Shown here: positions 50,865-62,932 of the stretch, in pieces | How the letters are laid out: the number at the start of each line of letters is the position of its first letter | Numbering within the stretch: the stretch's first letter is position 1 | DNA from: Vermamoeba vermiformis | Lineage: Eukaryota | Assembly (NCBI GenBank): GCA_045837725.1 | Contig: JBEWZL010000193.1 | Location: 1-64,000 of the forward strand | Length of the DNA stretch: 64,000 nt | Reading direction: 5' to 3' | Notes under the pieces: generated by a model | Databases searched by the model: none | What the model saw: the letters and a program-made list of their open reading frames with translations, nothing else | Told to the model about the DNA's origin: nothing | Made by a program: the position numbers and the translations under genes

Positions 50865-51703
50865 ATGGAAATACCATTAGCCGAAGATTTAATTAAAGGG
50901 CTCGCTTTATTGCGAGATCCAGCCAAAATACCAAATGATGTATTTGGAGACTTGATCCGTATCACTGTAGATATTGTAGCAAATGTTCAAACTGAAGAAT
51001 CTATTTCAAGTAATTATCAATATATTATTTGCACGAGAAAGAATGCTATAGAAAAATAACAGAAAAATATAACGATTTTTCTAATTTATTATTTATCAGA
51101 TTCGAAGGTATTGGCCGCTGCCGATAAGATTTTGTTAAAGCAAGTATATTCCAGCGTTGTAGCGTTAATTTTGGAAGCTGGCAAAATCAACACAGATCCA
51201 TCTGACTTGAGGTAAGTAATCGATTCAGCCCAGCAATATCTGAGGTCGCTTAATGAATAAAAAAGCCATCAAACATGCGTATGCGATGAGCACTCACGTG
51301 CACATGCTTCGATATTGTTACAAAAGGCTTCCATAATGAGTTCCATACCGAATCTGATCGATCTTGTAGGACGTTCTTGGTCAACCAGAAATTCAGCGAG
51401 GAACGTGCCGACTTCATTGCCAAGAAATATGGAGAACGATTTACCGATATTAGAAGGATACTTTCGTTCAGCACATTCAATTTCCCTCACGTAGTAAATG
51501 TAGATTGGCGAATGGACTACTTGATCAAGGGCGAGAATTTAGAGAAGTTGAACAGACCTACATATTATATTAAGCTGAAGACTATGGAAAAAGACAATAA
51601 GGAAGGACAGGTTGAATTTGTTTGCACGCAAGAACAACTTACAGATTTAGTCAACAAATTGAAGGACGCCGAGTACTCTTTAGAACGATTGGACGTTTCT
51701 TAA
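50865..51703 (+). CDS. COMMD3: COMM domain-containing protein, COMMD3-like
   Basis: KGLALLRDP, FPHVVNVDWRMDYLIK and VEFVCTQEQLTDLVNKLKDA. Confidence 0.85.
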
Positions 51704-51859
51704 AGAGATACAACTATGTATTTTTTAAATCAGAAGAAGTTATAAAATTCTATTGCAAGAACGAAGCGCGCACGTTGATCGAAGCAACAAGCCATCCAAC
51801 CGAAAGCACGAGCTGCAAGTAGCGAACAGCCCCAAAAGGCCATTGTATTCGATACCACG

Positions 51860-51983
51860 TGCTATGTTACTGCAGTAGACGCGATAATTCGTTCAGCAGC
51901 TGCACTGAGGCTCAGATTTCGAATTCAGGTCTGAGATTCACTACTGAAGGAAGCGATTCGTCTTTGCTCCGAGTAACGCGGCA
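51860..51983 (+). other. 124-nt imperfect stem-loop (candidate structured RNA)
   Basis: Nested pairings tgctatgttact/agtaacgcggca, gcagtagacg/cgtctttgc, tcgttcagcag/ctactgaagga and ctcagattt/aggtctgag around a cgaattc loop. Confidence 0.5.
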
Positions 51984-52297
51984 AGTTGCTAAGGTACGTG
52001 CACAAATCTTCTAGAATAGCTCAGAATCTGTGCTACTGCGTTTATAATTCTGTTCAAAATGCAGCGCGCAAAAAAACATTTAAAATTTGTAACGGTTACT
52101 TTTGTCCCACGCCAACCCTCTTTTTTGCTATTTTATTTATTTTATACAACACCTCGAACATTTAGGTTTGCCTTTCTCAATCGCAAACGATTTTCGTTGC
52201 TTCCCGAGCTTTGAATCTGCAGAGATTGAGATTGTTGCACCTGTTTCAATTGGAAATATTATTTATTTATTCGAATGTATAAATATTAATTACTAAT

Positions 52298-55200
52298 ATG
52301 GATAATATGGACAAACTCAACGGAGGCTACTGGGAGACGCGTGGCGAGCGTCGATCGAGAAAACGGACCAATTTCTTTATTGAGGAGACTAAGAGCCCTC
52401 CAAAATCTTCGAAGAAGCGCACTATAGAAGGTAAGAACGACTTACAATATGCAAGAGAAGCGGCAATAGGCAAATCCATCGTTAAATACTTTACTGTACA
52501 GGTCCAGCTTTCAAAAATTAATTATGGAGTAATTTCTTCGTGCAAATTATAGACGTTCCATTAGTCTAATTATTCACGCAATTTAGATATTGAAAAAAAT
52601 GAAGGATCAGAATCTACAAGCCCGCCGCACAAAAGATCAAAGGTGGCTCATAAAGAAGAGCCTGACTCGAGGGAGAATGACGACTACGACGATCAAAACA
52701 CGGACCCTAATATTCAGAGTTGCAATAGCTTGGCTTACGAGCCTGTTAGCAAGATCGTGGTCACGCAGCCAGATTTGGCATCTGACACGAACAACAACGA
52801 ACCGGAACCCGCTACCAACACTGCGCACCATAACGACCTTCCCCAGTCCTCAAGTATGGAGCAGTCTTCGATAAACAACGCCAATAGTGACGCTCAAGCT
52901 GGAGCCCTGATTCAGACCCAAGCCTCAACGTCGTCACTGGCCGTGCCGAGTCTTGACAAGGAATTCGACTCGCCTGTCAAAGAGATCAAATTTAGCTTCC
53001 CAAGCGAGGAGTCCGAGGCTACACAGCCGACTGACCAGCCTTCTTTGGACGCGGCAGTCTCGACTCAAACTGATGGCAACAGTGGCTTGACGAATAGCGC
53101 CAATAGCGCATCAAACACCGTTCAACAACCATTAATAACATCTGCAACCAGTGTTGTTAATAATATTGACGTAAGTAGTGTCTGTAATTTACGTACTTCT
53201 TTGCTGACTTTAAATAGACTCACCCGAGCGAAGCTTCCAAAGCTGATGCGGCACCTATTATTAGCCAGCAGGACTCCTCTGACATACTCTTGATAAATAA
53301 CAACGGTGTTAGTGCTGATCCAGAGAGCACAGCGACACTTGAGCGCAAGAAGTCACGTGTCATCGAGGACAATAACAGTCCACTAGAAGCGATGGAAATC
53401 GAGAACGAGTCACAGATTATCGACGAGATTGCCGAGGCCAATGCCAAGGAAGTGGTTACTATTCACAGCAATCAACTAGCGAGCTTGCAAGACGTCTCAA
53501 AGTCACGTGACAACCTCGGATCAGATCTCAAATCTGATCGGTCAGAACCAAAGTCAAGCGTCAAAGAAGAGGAAGTTTCAGTAGTGTCCGTTAAAGAGAT
53601 AGATTTGCGCGGAAGTAATCCCAAGATAGTTACCACGAATGAAGACAAAAGCAAATCCAAGGCAAAAAAGAAGCAGAGCGGGAAGGTGCGCCAAGCATTA
53701 CTATCGCTCGTTAAGAACAATTATTCCGCGAAAGATTATAGCAAATTCAAGGAAATAAGCAAAAAGTTGAAGGTTGGTGGCGAACGCGAGTATTGTGCGG
53801 GGTTAGTGTCGGTGCTCAGATCCAACGAGAAGATTATGAACGAGTACATCGGATACCTGCCCCCCAAATATCAACAAATGTGCATTGAAGCCGCGCACGC
53901 CATGGAACAGAGCGATGAGTCTGAGGTCCATGAGCTCTCTCAAGATATGGTCGACAATGTAGATCGACCCGCCACTAGAAGTACAACGGGTCCGTTAGTC
54001 TTCGGCTTACAAAAGCAAATTATGGTAAGTATTTGGTCTACTTATGGAAAGAATATGAATTTAACTTGCCTAAAAAGGAAAATCCCGAAATTGCCACCGA
54101 AGTTTTGCCAGCTTGGCGAGGCGATTTTGTGGCCGATGAAGATGACTACGGATTGACCCAAGATAGCGCGTATGTCACTAAATATGTTATATAATACTCG
54201 TACTAATACTTGGTCAAGTGGTCTTGATGCGCCTCGTGCGGATAACTGGAGCACGCCAACGAGCAAAAAACAAAAAGAAAAGAAACTGAGTGCCTTGCAA
54301 AAACTAAAAGAAGACAAAGAAAACGCTAAGAATAAGCCAAAAGTAGTACCAAAGGCAACTACTAAGCCAACTGTAAGCAGATCTGGTCCATTTTTTTTGG
54401 ATGCTCTTCATCTGACTTGCTTTCCTTTTTTAGAAATACGTGATGCCTAAGTTTGGCGAAGAAGAAAGGTTTAAAAAGAAGAGTAACAAGATCAATGCAG
54501 GTGGTTATAATATTGACGGTGGTTACGAAGACAGTGACGAGTCAGATCAAGATCTCGAAGACACAGTGCCGGATGACGAAAAAGATCAAGAAATTGATTA
54601 CACTCTACCAGCCTATGGTCCTGAGTTTATCGAAGACGACTTTATCTATGGATATCAAGAAAAGAATCCAGAGAAAGGAGGTGCAGGAAGAGCTCCGAAA
54701 TCTCCGACGAAGAAAACTTCATCTGGATCTAAAAATGGCAGCTCGCCCGTTCGAGAGCCAAGACGTAGTCATAGTAACGGCAGCACTAATGTTACTCCAA
54801 CAAAGTCTTCATCGAACTTGTCGAACACCAATGCCAGGGCTAATAATAGCAACAATTATGGTCACTCCGGATCCAACAACACAACGCCGACTAAGAGCCC
54901 GTCGATCGTTAATACAAGACCAGTCAATAATAGCAGTAACACAAATATGGGCTATTCTAATCTCATGCCTGCAGTGCCTGTTCAAACGACACTCGAGCGG
55001 TCATTTTTCCCGAGCACGGCACGAAGCAACAGCGGAGGTGCAAATGACTTGGTACAACGACCTCAGCCTGCAAATATCGACGAAAGCAATAACAACACTA
55101 ACAACGTAGTTCATCTCGAAAGTTCACCATTGGGCAAGAACAACAATACGAATCAGCCTCAAGCACCGACGTCACCTGTCACACCCGTGCAGTATACTGG

Positions 55201-57139
55201 TCCCAAGATCAAGATATTGTTCACTATACCTGCTTTGAAAATCAAGTCAATTATCGCTTTTCCGACGGAAGACAATAACGGTGTGCCGGTAAGTAGTTTT
55301 TAAAAATTTCCTTATTTGGAAAAATCAGTGATGACGATTCAGTGAAATTAATTACTCGATGAAATTTACAGATGACAATGGCGCAACTGAAAGAACACAT
55401 ATCGAAGTTGAATTCGGTTGAGGTTACCGCGTTAAAACTCGGCGACTATCAAATCGGCAATAACAACGATGCAGTGCGTGATTTGCTGGATGGAAAGGAG
55501 GAGATTACAGTCGAGATTAAAGGTAAAGTTAAAAAACCGAATTAGGCTAACCATCAAAGTTGTTCGAAATTAACTGGGTTCAAAGAAAGCGTTTTTGTAC
55601 TTCAATTTTTTTTTTTGTTCAATTTTAGCGTTTTTTCTAAGAACTATAGTAACTGGTAGTAATAATCTTGTTTTAGACATTAAGAAGAGTTTGGCTGATG
55701 TGTACAAAGAAAAATGTCAATCTGAGGGCATACCTGTCAACGAGCTATTGACCACAAAATTAGTCGCGGTAAGCCTCCGAATTACTATTAATAGCATTTT
55801 TGTTGTGAATAAGGATTAAAGTACTAATGTTATATTATGCAGTTGAAGCCTAATAACTTGCAATTGAATGGTCAAGGCGTCGTGCGAGTACGAGACTTGG
55901 AAGTGTTATCGACGAGCATTGATTTAAACGTCGTAGAATATCTCAATTTAAACAGTAACGCACTAGGTAATAACCTTTCTATTTTTGGAAATAACATAAA
56001 TTTTTGCAAAGACTAACTAAATTTTGTTGTTAGGCATGCCTTATTTTGCGGATCTAGAGCGCTTGTTAGTCCGACAAAACAAGAGCTTAAAATCGTTGAA
56101 TTTATCGAACTGCAGTTTAACAGATCCGAACATGTTCCAAGTCCTCACGTCATTGAACAGTTTGCAAGAGTTGAATATCTCCGGCAACAATATGTCGGAT
56201 AATATTGGAGTTCAGCTTATGACGGTATTGCCTAATTTGGCAAACTTGACGAATCTGGATCTATCGCGGTGCAATGTTGGTCCGTCAACAATGAAAGCGT
56301 TAGAAGACAGTAGATTTTGCGACAATGGAATTTATCCGCAGAACAAAGGCTTGGCAGTAATTTCAGCGTCATTTAACCGATTGCAATCGATCGGCGTAAA
56401 TCACTTGACAGCAGCGCTATGTCAACGGACCACCACGAGTTTATTGACGTTGAAATTGCAACAAGTGGAAATTTCCGAGAACGATCAGAACCATTGCGCC
56501 AAGTCTTTGCATAAATTAATGGCGCTCAAAACTGCTCGACTTGCGGATTTGGATCTCAGCGGCAACATTTTCACTTCAAAATTGCGATGGATTGGCCAAG
56601 GCATCAACGATTCAATACACTTGCATACGATACGATTGAATAAGTGCGGATTGAATAGCGAGTCATTGACGGACATTACGAATGTGCTGCAATTTTCCCA
56701 GTCGTTGACCTGTTTGGAACTCAGCGACAATATTCTTGGAAAATCAGGTGCAGATTTAATTTCACAAGTGCTGCTAAAGCCGCATAAGCTACAACAGCTC
56801 AAATTGAACAATTGTGGCTTAACTTCAGTTGGACTGTTACAAGTGCTCAGATCTTGCCACGGCCAAAACTTGCATCTCAATATAACGAGATTGGAACTTG
56901 AAAATAATTGCGACGTTGAGTTTAGTCGTCTTAAATATGGCGATAGAAATTTAACGGATGCGTTCAGCAAGTTGAACGCGAAGTTGATGTTTTTGGAACT
57001 TTCTAGGAATTCCATTAACGATGAAGATGTGCGTAACGCATTGAAACAGAGCTGGGAAGAAATCCACGGCAAAGAACAGCTGTCAATTACCATGTCACAA
57101 GTGTCATTGAGATTCATGAAGATCCAGAGGAAAAATTAG
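52298..57139 (+). CDS. Large protein: disordered N-terminus, PAH/harmonin-N-like helical domain, ubiquitin-like domain and RNI-like LRRs (TONSL-like C-terminus)
   Basis: LRRs LKSLNLSNCSL, LQELNISGNN, LTNLDLSRCN, LADLDLSGN. DAVRDLLDGKEEITVEIK..SLADVYKEKCQS resembles the UBL-LRR junction of TONSL. Confidence 0.7.
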
Positions 57140-57299
57140 ATCCGATAGAAACAACTCTAGTTGATAGAGTATAGTTGTACCATAGTATGTTTTACTAAAG
57201 TAAAATGTTCTCACAATAGTTCTGAAAAGTACTAAAAAGGATAAATTTTAGATCTCGATCCCCAATTAAAATAATCAAATTTTCGACAGGCGAACACAA

Positions 57300-58723
57300 A
57301 TGAGCGTAAAATTACTTTTAATATGCGCTGTATTTACAGTAGCATACGCTCAACAAACATTGACGTATTATCAAAGCGGCGTCAAGAAGGGCTATGTGAG
57401 TAATTAACGGATTTGATTCAGTTTCAGATCTAGGCCCGAATAACGAGGAAATAAATAACTCATATACTTGTATTGTAGACCAGTTGGTATGATTCATGGG
57501 CTCCAGGCGGTGGCTGCGGTTACAACGAGAATATTTATGCGGGATACCAACCCAGCGTTGTTTTGACTGCTGCAATTAATGTAAGTATTATTCGCCCACA
57601 GAATATAATACCATTAGAGTGTACTTAACCATAAAATTACCGAAGAATCTTTTAAAAAAATAAGTAACCTCAAAAGTAAATTTTACTCAGATGGCGTTTT
57701 GATTTTCATTTGATAAGGCGATAAATATCAGAAATTAATATTATTTATTAGCAAGGCCAATATTACAACGGAGAAATATGCGGAATGTGCATTCAGGTCA
57801 ACAACGTTACTGCGATCGGAGACTACAACACTTTAAAGCCATTCCCTGACCCTCCATTCATTGCCTTTATCAATAATTTATGCACCACATGCATCGATGA
57901 TCAATTGGACTTTTATCGAACGCCCCAAGTGCAAAACAACTGGTATTTGGGTATGACTTTTTTGGCAAATCCGCCCCAAAAACGTTCGATACGCTTGCAA
58001 TCTTTTATTTATCTATGATAAGTCTTATTTATATAATATATTGTACCATTATTAACTTACATAGTTAATATTCTAATCTTGACATTATTATCAGATTGGA
58101 TCGCGGTTGATTGCCGTCGGAAGCACCAAAATCCATTATCAAATCGAAAAAGGCGCTCAAAACTATTACTTCAAGTTCTTACCTTTATATAACTTGCGTA
58201 CTTTGGCTGGAGTAAGTTATTCTGCCGCTTTCTAAGCAACTTAAAAAATTCATCCCTCGATCTGAATACTTTATTTACGACTGCTAATTATAAATATAGG
58301 CTTGGGTTAACCAAAATGGTGCATTTAATTCTTGCGAAAGACAAAACGGTTATTTTGCTTGCCAAGCTCAAGGAGGTCCCTTTAGCTCGAACCCTCAGAT
58401 TAAACTAAAGTCTGTTGACGGCGAAGAAATTACTGATAATATTCAAATTACTCTAAGTAGCAGTGGAACTGGTTCAAGTAAGTTTATAATATATTTAGCC
58501 TGATTGAGATAGTTGGTTTAGAGATCTTGATCTACTTTTCGTTCAATCAATATTCAAAGTGACTAACTAGCCTCTGCTTTTAGTCCAAGTCGTTAGTGGT
58601 CAACAAAACGTCAATTTCTCGCCAAAGAACGTCGCTTCTCCTGGCGCTATTAGGACAAGCAACGCGATGCGATCCGTTGCTTTCAACGCGGTTCTTTTTT
58701 TCTTGATCTTTTTTATCTATTAA
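57300..58723 (+). CDS. Expansin-like protein (DPBB + CBM63-like) with GPI-like tail; apparent frameshift at ~58115
   Basis: Signal peptide MSVKLLLICAVFTVAYA. Motifs GGGCGY, LTAAIN, YNGEICGMCIQV, NNLCTTC and DWIAVDC, then in a shifted frame VGSTKIHYQIEKGAQNYYF..IKLKSVDGEEITD. Ends VLFFLIFFIY*. Confidence 0.75.
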
Positions 58724-58871
58724 AGTAGAACATAAAAAGACAAGCGTTTTTGAGCCACTATACTGAGATCTGGAATTTCCTTTTATGGATGCGAGCACGC
58801 TTTTCTGGCTTGTAATTTTCTAGCGAAGAATGATCATTATGTAAATTTTTTAAGCTTAAAGTAGCACGAAG

Positions 58872-60098
58872 ATGAGTTTTAAGGAACCAGAATATGCACC
58901 TTTAAATCCAAATGAAAGACAAGTGCAAAATAATGAAGACAATAGTAAGTCCGGATTTGTTACTTTTGGACGTTACGTTTAATATTAATTTCTAATTTAT
59001 AGAATTATCACTAAATTTAAAAAGCAAAATATTAATGGGCTTAACGGCAATACAGATGGTAAGGTGTCAAAAAAATAAGTTAAAATTTTAATAATTATTG
59101 GAACGCATTTATTGGCAATAATAAACCAAATATTATGATAATCATCGAGGTCTATTTTAAAAAATATTTAAAAAATATTGAATCCGGTTGTAGAATTCCG
59201 TTTCTATTTTTCGCGTTTAGAAAGGTCGATCCACTTTCATCTTTAACATCTCTAACGCTCGATTTATTATACTAGGTATTGGCCGTAGTATTTATTGCAA
59301 CATTTGAGCAACGAGGGCTCTTTGTATTATATATCAATCCATTTTTCATCGTGGCTGCAATTATTGGATTTATTGGCGCGCTAAAGCAATCAAAAACTGC
59401 CCTATTATTAGTATCCTATTTATATAATAGTATTTGATAATAACCTAGTCTTGTGATTTTATTTTCCTTAACTTTTGTTGCAAAGTACATCTGGGGTTCG
59501 ATGGGCGTGTCGCTCGTCTTTGTAGGCTTTAGTATCACATTTTATTTCGCCGTAGACAAAGCAATCGATTATTTAGCACTACATTTACCATTCTCAGCGT
59601 TCGTCGTAAGTACTCAAATTGTTGCTGATTCGCGATCGAGTCAGAAATTTCGATTAATTTGCCGGATCTAACTCGTTTTCTAGATTTTTTCTTCCGTGGT
59701 TGGCATTATGACATATAGAGATATTCCAGGTTCGTAATATTCGAGCAACAAGAAATTTAAATTTTGTACTGCCAAATCTGCTCGTTACAGGAAGCGGAAA
59801 CTCATTCTACCGGCTTATTAAGGCTATATATTACAACTATTAACACTTAATATCGTATATAGAGGATGATGAAGTCAATCCGATCGTTCCAGTGGCAGTT
59901 CACGAACCCCAAGTCGTTTCAGTCACGATCGAGGGTACAACTTGCGTGGTGTGCTTAGACGAGCCTAGGACCGCGTTCTTATACCCTTGTGGTCATAATT
60001 GCGTGTGTTTAGATTGCGGTGCTAAGCTAAAAGCGCAAGGACAGAAGTGTCCGATCTGTAGAGCTCCGATCCAGGATTCAGTTAAGGTTTTCAAGTAA
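58872..60098 (+). CDS. Membrane protein with C-terminal RING-HC (C3HC4) E3 ligase domain
   Basis: Several hydrophobic exons followed by CVVCLDEPRTAFLYPCGHNCVCLDCGAKLKAQGQKCPICR. Confidence 0.85.
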
Positions 60099-60278
60099 AG
60101 CTTTTTGCGAATTCTAATCGTAGTATAGCGCTATACTGTAATTATATACTACATATAGAAGCGCGTTATTTTTCTGAGTTTTTTCTTTCTCGCTTTATTT
60201 ATTCATACTAAATTAAGTAAGGCAAGAAAAGTCCTGCTTACTTTCTTTTTAAATAATACTGCGATTTAACGAGCAGTA

Positions 60279-62780
60279 ATGCATCCATCAGCTGCTATTA
60301 CTCTCGTACTTATTTTAGGATTGGCCCGGTACGCAGATCTGACTTGTGTACCGAACGATTCTTTGTTTGAATGGGACGCTGGATTGTATCCAACACTAGG
60401 TGCGGTTACATTTACTGGTGGAGAGCCCTGCTTCATTGGTAAAATGTGCTCTTGGTTCCTTCTATTTAGCAATCTGGAGTCGAGCGTTGATCTGGAATTC
60501 TCGGTTACTTTTACTCCGCCTCTTAACTTTTACTTATCAACCAATAAGTTCAGGTACGCAAATTTATTTTCTAAATAATTATTAATACCTCACATCCGTG
60601 TAATCGTTGAAAAATTAATTTAAAGCTATTATTGTTATTAAGATAGCTATAATAGAGTTAAAAATGGTCTCTTTATAGTTACGTATTTTAATTCAAGTTA
60701 CTGCTGATAATATTAATTTTATTTGAACTTGATCCGGTTTGTTTTACTAATACTCTGTATCCAGTATGCCTGGTAGTGAAGCGTTGCTGATAGACATACC
60801 TCCTACTCGAGAAAGCCAAGCTGGGCAGTATACTTTCAAGATAAGTGTAACGGCTCAAAATTTAACTTTCCGTGGATGTAACGACTTTGAAATTCGAAAA
60901 CCGCTCACTTACAATATAACCAAATATACACCGACTTCAAATACTACCGTATTGGGCTATTGGGATACTTACTGGTCGGTAGTTAACGGCTTGAACTACC
61001 CAAATTTATGCAATACTCCGTTCAACTTCACCGTTAACAACGATTTCAGTCAATATGACCCAATCAAAACATTTATTGCTAATACGCAGCTAAATATAAC
61101 CACATTGGACTGCTTAAAAGGCATCGCCAATCGGTTCTACGACGCAGTTCTGTACAAAGAATACCAAAAGGAATCACTTAGTAATCAACTCGACTTATTT
61201 TGGACGGATGGATATCAGATATATCAAAAACTGTATAATGCGAGCTACAATTTTGTACCGTTAATTGATATCTGGATCCAGGCAGTACCGAACTTCTTGC
61301 AAGGAGGTGTTTGTTCTCGTAAGTCCCAAGCTGCCAAAGCCTTTATACAAACGATAGGAACTCATAATTATAATACGCATAATCTATTTTAATATCATAT
61401 ACTTGTTACTTACTTACAAATTCACTGCAAGGACGAGGTTGAAGGGAATTTTTTACCCTAACATTTTAATGCGGAAAATTGGTCGTTGATCGCCACATGC
61501 TTTCATAATCTAGAATTACATTTGAATGAATTTTCACTCCCTTAACAACTCTATTTCTTGATGTCAAATACTGATCCGGATTTGACAGCTGGTGCAATAG
61601 CCTCGCACACGAGGTACGTCGATGCACTGATCAACCGCATGGCACGCAGCGGAGAGTTGGACAATCGATTGCCCCGTGCAGTCAATTTCCTTATGAACTC
61701 CATGTTGCCGGAGACATTTGGTGTCTTCACCATGACTCTGATCGGGTACGGCAATGGCGCGTACGAGCTAGGATATGCGATGAGAACGATTGCCACTTGG
61801 GGCATGTTAACTGGTGACAGTAGAGTGCCGTACTTGTTGAAGAGCGTCTCTGGTTTTTTAGCCACCTGGATCCGCGATGATTTTGCAATTCGAGACAGTC
61901 TTAATATCACTTCTTATTCACCCGAGGCAAGTAGTGCTTTGGCGTTGGGATATGCGGCCTACTGGAGATACAACGGAGATAAAGCGAATTACGACTTGGC
62001 ACTCAATCTGTTGAACGCGTCGTTGGTGTTAGGCGCAACGGCAGCGGAGTACAGCGGCAAGCACGCAGGATATTTTATTAATAGGAATTACGAAACTTTC
62101 ATGTGGTTGTTGGATCCGTCGATTCCACTGGTCTCGACAAAAATTCCATTCGTTTTTCCTGATATAGTAACCCCGAACAACAATACTGTCGTGTTGCCCA
62201 ATCAAACGATCGTGATCGAAACCACCACTACCATTTTAGGCAACTTCCAACTGTCTAATAGTAGCACAGTGTCGATTACATATGGCAATGTCTTGAATAT
62301 CACTGGATGTGCTTCATTGTCAGGTAAGACTAATCGCATCACATTTCCTAATTTGGAAAATTGCCATTTTAGTAAAAATTCGGTAGTAACTGTTTACATT
62401 TAGGTACGCTTGTGGTTCAAGTGAAAGATGGCCAAGTGATTTTGAACGACACAGTGCTCCTTGCCTACGCGTGTCGTGACGGCCAGTTCGATCAGTTGGT
62501 TGTCGAAGGTGATGTGGATCCGTGCAAAGAGTACCAGCTCAGTTACACGCCTACAACACTCAATATTGTTATTGCCAACTCGAACTTGTGTGTGACAACT
62601 CCTTCACCAAAAGCTGACAAGTTTCCTGATTGGGCGATTGCAGTGATCGTTATCGGCGGTCTTGGTATTTGTGGTGCTATTATTGGCATCGTATTGCACT
62701 TTAAAAAAGTTGAACAGAAGAAAGAAAACAAACGACTGGACAACAAAATTGAAATGGTCAACAAACCCGATTCTGCGTGA
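60279..62780 (+). CDS. Type I membrane glycoprotein of unknown function
   Basis: Signal peptide, many NxS/T sites, a helical Tyr/Trp-rich middle region, a LNITGCASLSG module, TM WAIAVIVIGGLGICGAIIGIVL and a basic cytosolic tail. Confidence 0.7.
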
Positions 62781-62932
62781 AAAACTCATCCCTTGCAACA
62801 TTACTAGCACCATATTAAATATATCAGTATTAGGAGATAAAGTTTTTACACAAAAACCAAAAATTAAAAATTACAAATTGTTGGATCCGGATCAGATCCG
62901 ACACCCAGACAAAGACACCTTAGGTCTCCCTA

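Noticed and set aside
51925..51960. tcaggtc...gaaggaagc resembling SRP RNA helix 8, or aggtctgaga resembling RNase P CR-I
   Set aside because: The motif halves are not contiguous and the other conserved elements are missing, so no family was assigned.
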